Shown here: positions 32,833-36,387 of the stretch, one piece after another
Position numbering within the stretch: the first letter of the stretch is position 1
Layout of the letters: each line of letters begins with the position of its first letter
DNA from: Candidatus Sericytochromatia bacterium
Lineage (GTDB): Bacteria > Cyanobacteriota > Sericytochromatia > UBA7694
Assembly: GCA_018780035.1 (NCBI GenBank)
Contig: JADMKE010000014.1
Location: forward strand, 137,271-173,657
Direction of reading: 5' to 3'
Length of the DNA: 36,387 bases
Translations under genes and position numbers: made by a program
The notes under the pieces: model-generated
Told to the model about the DNA's origin: nothing
Seen by the model: only the letters and a program-made list of their open reading frames with translations
Databases searched by the model: none

Positions 32833-35800
32833 TTACCGCAATGTGACAGTGCGAGGCTTAGAAATTGCACCGTCTTTGGTTTTTACCCATAAATAGAGCT
32901 TGGTCGGTCTTTTGGGCAATTTTTCACTGACAGAATCTTTGATGAGTTTGGCAGACATTTCAACCAAACCGTTATATTTGTATAAAGACAGGGATTTCGC
33001 AACCGAGCTGAGCTCAAGGTTTATAACCAATTTCTCTCCCTTGGGCCCATTTTTACCTGGTTCATAGGGAGAAATAAAGATTTGATTGTCTTTAATACTC
33101 TCTGAAACATGGTACGTCTTTAAAGTGAATAAAGTATCAAAAGAGATCTGTTTATTGTCGATCACCTTATCCAGAATGCTGGCAATCTCAACAGAGGTGT
33201 TGATCACTGTCCCTGAATATTCAAGTTGAACAGGGTGAGTGCCATACAACCCCATTGGTACCTTCACATCTATTTCCGAAGCAGATATGACACTTGGGGT
33301 TACCTTTTCAGCAGAGCCTACTTTAACAGAGGTATTACCAAGCGCCTGCCCCTTGATTCTGACTCTGTTGTCCCCGTATTCATTTTCTTGAGAAGTAAAG
33401 ATCGGGCTGTCGGTATTCAAGTTTAATTCAAACGTGAAGGGATTGGGCAGTTCGAATTTGGCTGGGTCTTTTTCTGGATTGGTTTTATTGGCCACGACAA
33501 ATTTGGTTGAATATTTGGTTGGGTTAATATAATCCTGATACGGACAGATAATTTTTTTCGCTTGTGCATCTTCTTGGCAAGCCCGATAAAAACTGACGCC
33601 ATTTTGATTGGCAATTTGAGCATAAAAGGACACATAGGGCGAATCAAAAGGGGGCAAATTAGCGTAATTGCCAATTTCGATATGGCTTGGTTTGGGCTCA
33701 ATATTTGAGATGGTCGGAACCAGAAAATCAAGTTTTACCCCATTGGAAACCAAATTCCCAAATTCAACTTTGACTTCTTGATTACCAGCCAACTTAGGCG
33801 CTCCTGCCTCTATGAGGGTTTCTTGCGGAGTTAAGGTCACTTTGGTCACATCAACATCTTGCCCGCCAATCTTGAGCTTGACTTGATCCGAGTTCAGGGC
33901 AGAAGTCGAAATCTTTAAGCGTTCTCCCTGTCTCACCTGGGTGATGTTTTGGCCGGCTGCATTTTGGATTTTATTGAGCGTGATTTCTTTGGTTGTTGCT
34001 CCCAGGGTGATCGGTTTGGCCTCTGAGATGATATTGTGATTGGTGACAGTCACCAATGTCTTTCCCTCTATGCCCTGAGGAACAATGACCGTCAAAGCCA
34101 CTTCGCGCGCACCCACTTGATTCGTACATCTGGCGCAATAAGGGCTGGGGATATTTACAAAGTTGAATTTAGAAGCAATTTCTTTAACAGACTCAACAAC
34201 AGCTATTTTATCGCCAAATTTGACAATATTCTGATCTTTTCTAGGATCAAAAACTCCTTGTATTTCTATTTTTTGAAATTCAGCTGCATTTTCAGGTAAA
34301 ATACCTGAAATTTTGGGGGTAATGAACAAAGGTACTTTATGAACATAGGTATTGGCGTATCCCAGATCAGACAAGAATAACTCGAGCGTTTGCTCACCCA
34401 ATAGCTGTTTGGGAAAGTTATCGATGGTCAGCAATGTGCGCTCTTGGGAGATCGATCTGCGAATAACATTGACCTTCACTATCTCTTTTTTATCGGTCAC
34501 CAAGTGGTTTACGACAAAGCTCTTATCTGAAAGATTGATTGCCAATTCCAATGTAGTGCCATTTTGAACCTGTTTGGAAAGAATCTCGGTGGTGGGTTCA
34601 ACAAAAAGAAAGCGATGTTTGGTCTTTAAATTATCCAGATAGAGCTTATAAACCCCGATATATTCTTTGGGCAGTGTTAATTTTAACTCACGGTCTGAAA
34701 CAAACTCTGGGATAAGCTCTTTTTGGAATGCTTGGGTTTGCAAATGATTCGTGAGAATAATTTTGTGATTTTTACCAAAGAGGCCATTGAGGGTGATTGT
34801 CCCACCTCTTTTGGTGTAAGTGGAATTTGTCTCCCCCATAATACCTGCCAGGGGCGTAAATTGGACGGCATTGGACGATTGCTGATTGACCATCAGCTTG
34901 ATATCGAGTGGATTGACAGAGCTGAGCATGGGAACTTCGACTTGCAGAGAAATAATCTGTTTGCCTTTGTCATCCAACTCAAAAGACATTCCGATATTTT
35001 TGGCCAAGACGTCTCCAAACATCACTTTGTTTTCAGCAAGGTTCTTAGAAAAATCCGTTGTTTTGAGGGTGACCGTATCCCCCACAGCAGCGGTGGTTTT
35101 ATCCAGGGTAATATTTGCCAGGGGAGGCAGGGGAGTCGACATCACAATGGGGAGAGGTGGAGTGCTTGTACTGCAGTTTCTGTTTCCCACCCGACCAATA
35201 ATCCCTGTTAAATCTGATTTTAATTCCGTTGTAACTGCTTCACGCAGATCCATGGCAGTGTAAAGGGTTGAAATTTGGGTGTTTTTGTTCAGGGACGTTT
35301 GGATGGTCAACAAAGGAGAAATCAACAGATGGGGAGAGTTGATATTGTTATTCAGGCTTTCAATCGATTGAATCATTTCGGGCCCCACACCAGACAGTCC
35401 ATTTAATTGGGTTAGCAATTTAATTTGCTTTGGGGACCCCCCGTTTATCAGACCTATTTGTTGAACTTTAAAGCCCGTTTGCATTTGCCCAGAGCGCTGA
35501 GAACAGGCCTGAGAACGCTTGAATACAGATTGGGTTTGAAAATCGTTCAGTTTTGTTTGCACACCCGCTTGTATTTCGTCTTGCACCTCGCTGACCAGAT
35601 TGAGCAATGACAGTCCGGACACAAGTCGGAAGAAATGCTCTGGATTTTGTGTCAGATATTTCTCAATTTGTGCCACAGAAATCTGTTCCAGGCCTGAACG
35701 CCCATCGCGCGAAGCCAGCCAAACAGCCTCAGCAACGGCTGTCGTTTCCAAAGTGAGATTTTGTTCAATACTATCAGAGGGCGGGGTGGCAGGCAGATCG

Positions 35801-36306
35801 AGCAAAGCACTGGCCAGAGAACGGCCTGTTTCAGTGCTGGCTACCAATTCTATCCGCATACCCGCAGGAACGCCTTGCAATGTGTATTGACCTTCGCGAT
35901 TGGTTTGGGCCACACCCAGAGTACTTCCATCCGGAGCATAAACGGTAAGCGGGATTCCTGAGACGGCTGTGTCTGGGGACAGTTCAAGCCGCCCCGTTAA
36001 GGTCACCTGCCTGGCTGTTTTACGCAGTTGATTGACTTCTTGGGAGGTAAATTGCGCCAATGCTGCATGATTATTTCCAAAACTCAGGTCTGGAGCTTGG
36101 GGATCTGCCAAAAATTGGGCTATTTTAGCTTCCAGAGCAACCCGCTCCCTTTGGGCTTCTGCTTTTGTCAATTTGGCAATCACAGGCTGGGTCAAAAAAG
36201 TGCTTGTGTTTGGATTGAGGGGGGCACTGGGTTGGCAGGCGGACAGATTCCAAACCGTTGCCAAACAGATCAGCCCAAGGAGATGGGTTTGGCGAAAGTG
36301 AAACAA
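32833..36306 (-). CDS. Giant surface lipoprotein (1157 aa as called). It has an N-terminal CarboxypepD_reg-like domain followed by many Ig-like / TIG-like beta-sandwich repeats. It is the first gene of the three-lipoprotein operon.
   Basis: The signal and lipobox read 'LLGLICLATVWNLSAC'. 'LTVYAPDGSTLGVAQTNREGQYTLQGVPAGMRIELVAS' is CarboxypepD_reg-like. The N-terminal 250 aa are collinear with the 783-aa paralogue. The track start is TTG 36306 with no SD. The frame is open upstream to the window end, so the true start is uncertain. The 3' end lies 5 bp from the next gene. Confidence 0.75.
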   Translation of the reverse strand: MFHFRQTHLLGLICLATVWNLSACQPSAPLNPNTSTFLTQPVIAKLTKAEAQRERVALEAKIAQFLADPQAPDLSFGNNHAALAQFTSQEVNQLRKTARQVTLTGRLELSPDTAVSGIPLTVYAPDGSTLGVAQTNREGQYTLQGVPAGMRIELVASTETGRSLASALLDLPATPPSDSIEQNLTLETTAVAEAVWLASRDGRSGLEQISVAQIEKYLTQNPEHFFRLVSGLSLLNLVSEVQDEIQAGVQTKLNDFQTQSVFKRSQACSQRSGQMQTGFKVQQIGLINGGSPKQIKLLTQLNGLSGVGPEMIQSIESLNNNINSPHLLISPLLTIQTSLNKNTQISTLYTAMDLREAVTTELKSDLTGIIGRVGNRNCSTSTPPLPIVMSTPLPPLANITLDKTTAAVGDTVTLKTTDFSKNLAENKVMFGDVLAKNIGMSFELDDKGKQIISLQVEVPMLSSVNPLDIKLMVNQQSSNAVQFTPLAGIMGETNSTYTKRGGTITLNGLFGKNHKIILTNHLQTQAFQKELIPEFVSDRELKLTLPKEYIGVYKLYLDNLKTKHRFLFVEPTTEILSKQVQNGTTLELAINLSDKSFVVNHLVTDKKEIVKVNVIRRSISQERTLLTIDNFPKQLLGEQTLELFLSDLGYANTYVHKVPLFITPKISGILPENAAEFQKIEIQGVFDPRKDQNIVKFGDKIAVVESVKEIASKFNFVNIPSPYCARCTNQVGAREVALTVIVPQGIEGKTLVTVTNHNIISEAKPITLGATTKEITLNKIQNAAGQNITQVRQGERLKISTSALNSDQVKLKIGGQDVDVTKVTLTPQETLIEAGAPKLAGNQEVKVEFGNLVSNGVKLDFLVPTISNIEPKPSHIEIGNYANLPPFDSPYVSFYAQIANQNGVSFYRACQEDAQAKKIICPYQDYINPTKYSTKFVVANKTNPEKDPAKFELPNPFTFELNLNTDSPIFTSQENEYGDNRVRIKGQALGNTSVKVGSAEKVTPSVISASEIDVKVPMGLYGTHPVQLEYSGTVINTSVEIASILDKVIDNKQISFDTLFTLKTYHVSESIKDNQIFISPYEPGKNGPKGEKLVINLELSSVAKSLSLYKYNGLVEMSAKLIKDSVSEKLPKRPTKLYLWVKTKDGAISKPRTVTLR

Positions 36307-36387
36307 CGGTGATCTTTGCTTAAGTTCAAAACTAACTGTAGTTTCGGAGATTTTTGCATGAGCAAAGAGAAAGGGCGTATTCTGAAA

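Noticed and set aside
33226-35263. Several 60-160-aa plus-strand ORFs in the AT-rich body of the 1157-aa gene
   Set aside because: They are short and lack an SD. They are embedded in a continuous 3.4-kb minus-strand ORF with a lipoprotein signal and repeated Ig-like units.
1-36387. Search for CRISPR arrays, tRNA/rRNA genes, IS elements or integrase-flanked islands
   Set aside because: No spaced direct-repeat arrays were found. No tRNA-like cloverleaf signatures were found in the intergenic regions (12320-12489, 13858-14094, 15985-16159, 16412-16546). No transposase- or integrase-like ORFs were found. The low-GC segments are intragenic.

Overview
This is a bacterial chromosomal window with about 56-58% GC and tightly packed genes, many joined by ATGA/TAATG stop-start overlaps. 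The ATP synthase c subunit has a cyanobacterial/chloroplast-type C-terminus ('LLFANPF'). This is weak evidence for a Cyanobacteria-related, possibly non-photosynthetic lineage such as Melainabacteria/Vampirovibrionia. I found no rRNA, tRNA, CRISPR array or IS element.

Housekeeping genes on the minus strand form one tightly coupled operon: an orphan EutN/CcmL microcompartment vertex protein, recO, an HtrA-type protease and mutL. Other housekeeping genes are ybaK, gloB, ftcD and an HDOD-domain gene. A lone atpE has its own promoter and terminator.

Three accessory-looking modules stand out:
- 3485-8127: a LuxR-type response regulator is divergent from a 1071-aa protein. That protein has an N-terminal acidic helical-repeat region and a C-terminal domain carrying the EGG(D/N) ... 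HxD ... GGxxC signature of the guanidino-group-modifying (ADI/DDAH/PAD/amidinotransferase) fold. It is translationally coupled (TGATG) to a small lipoprotein. A perfect 10-3-10 palindrome sits in the shared promoter.
- 23505-36306, minus strand: an operon of three giant surface lipoproteins (1157, 783 and 1132 aa) with TIG/IPT, Fn3 and NHL-propeller domains. It has a 2 x 498 bp near-identical tandem duplication and low-GC mosaic segments. Downstream lie a 7TMR-DISM sensor histidine kinase and a receiver protein fused to a kinase-like domain whose phospho-acceptor His is replaced by Cys.
- 476-1480: a C39-like cysteine peptidase with about 150 aa of Pro/Thr/Ala/Glu-rich disordered N-terminus. 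A clostripain (C11) lipoprotein lies at 12490-13857.

I judge the first two modules the best candidates for an undescribed system: a putative arginine-modifying effector with a partner lipoprotein, and a glycan-sensing two-component system that may control a multi-lipoprotein adhesin complex. All product calls come from motif recognition by eye and were not searched against databases.
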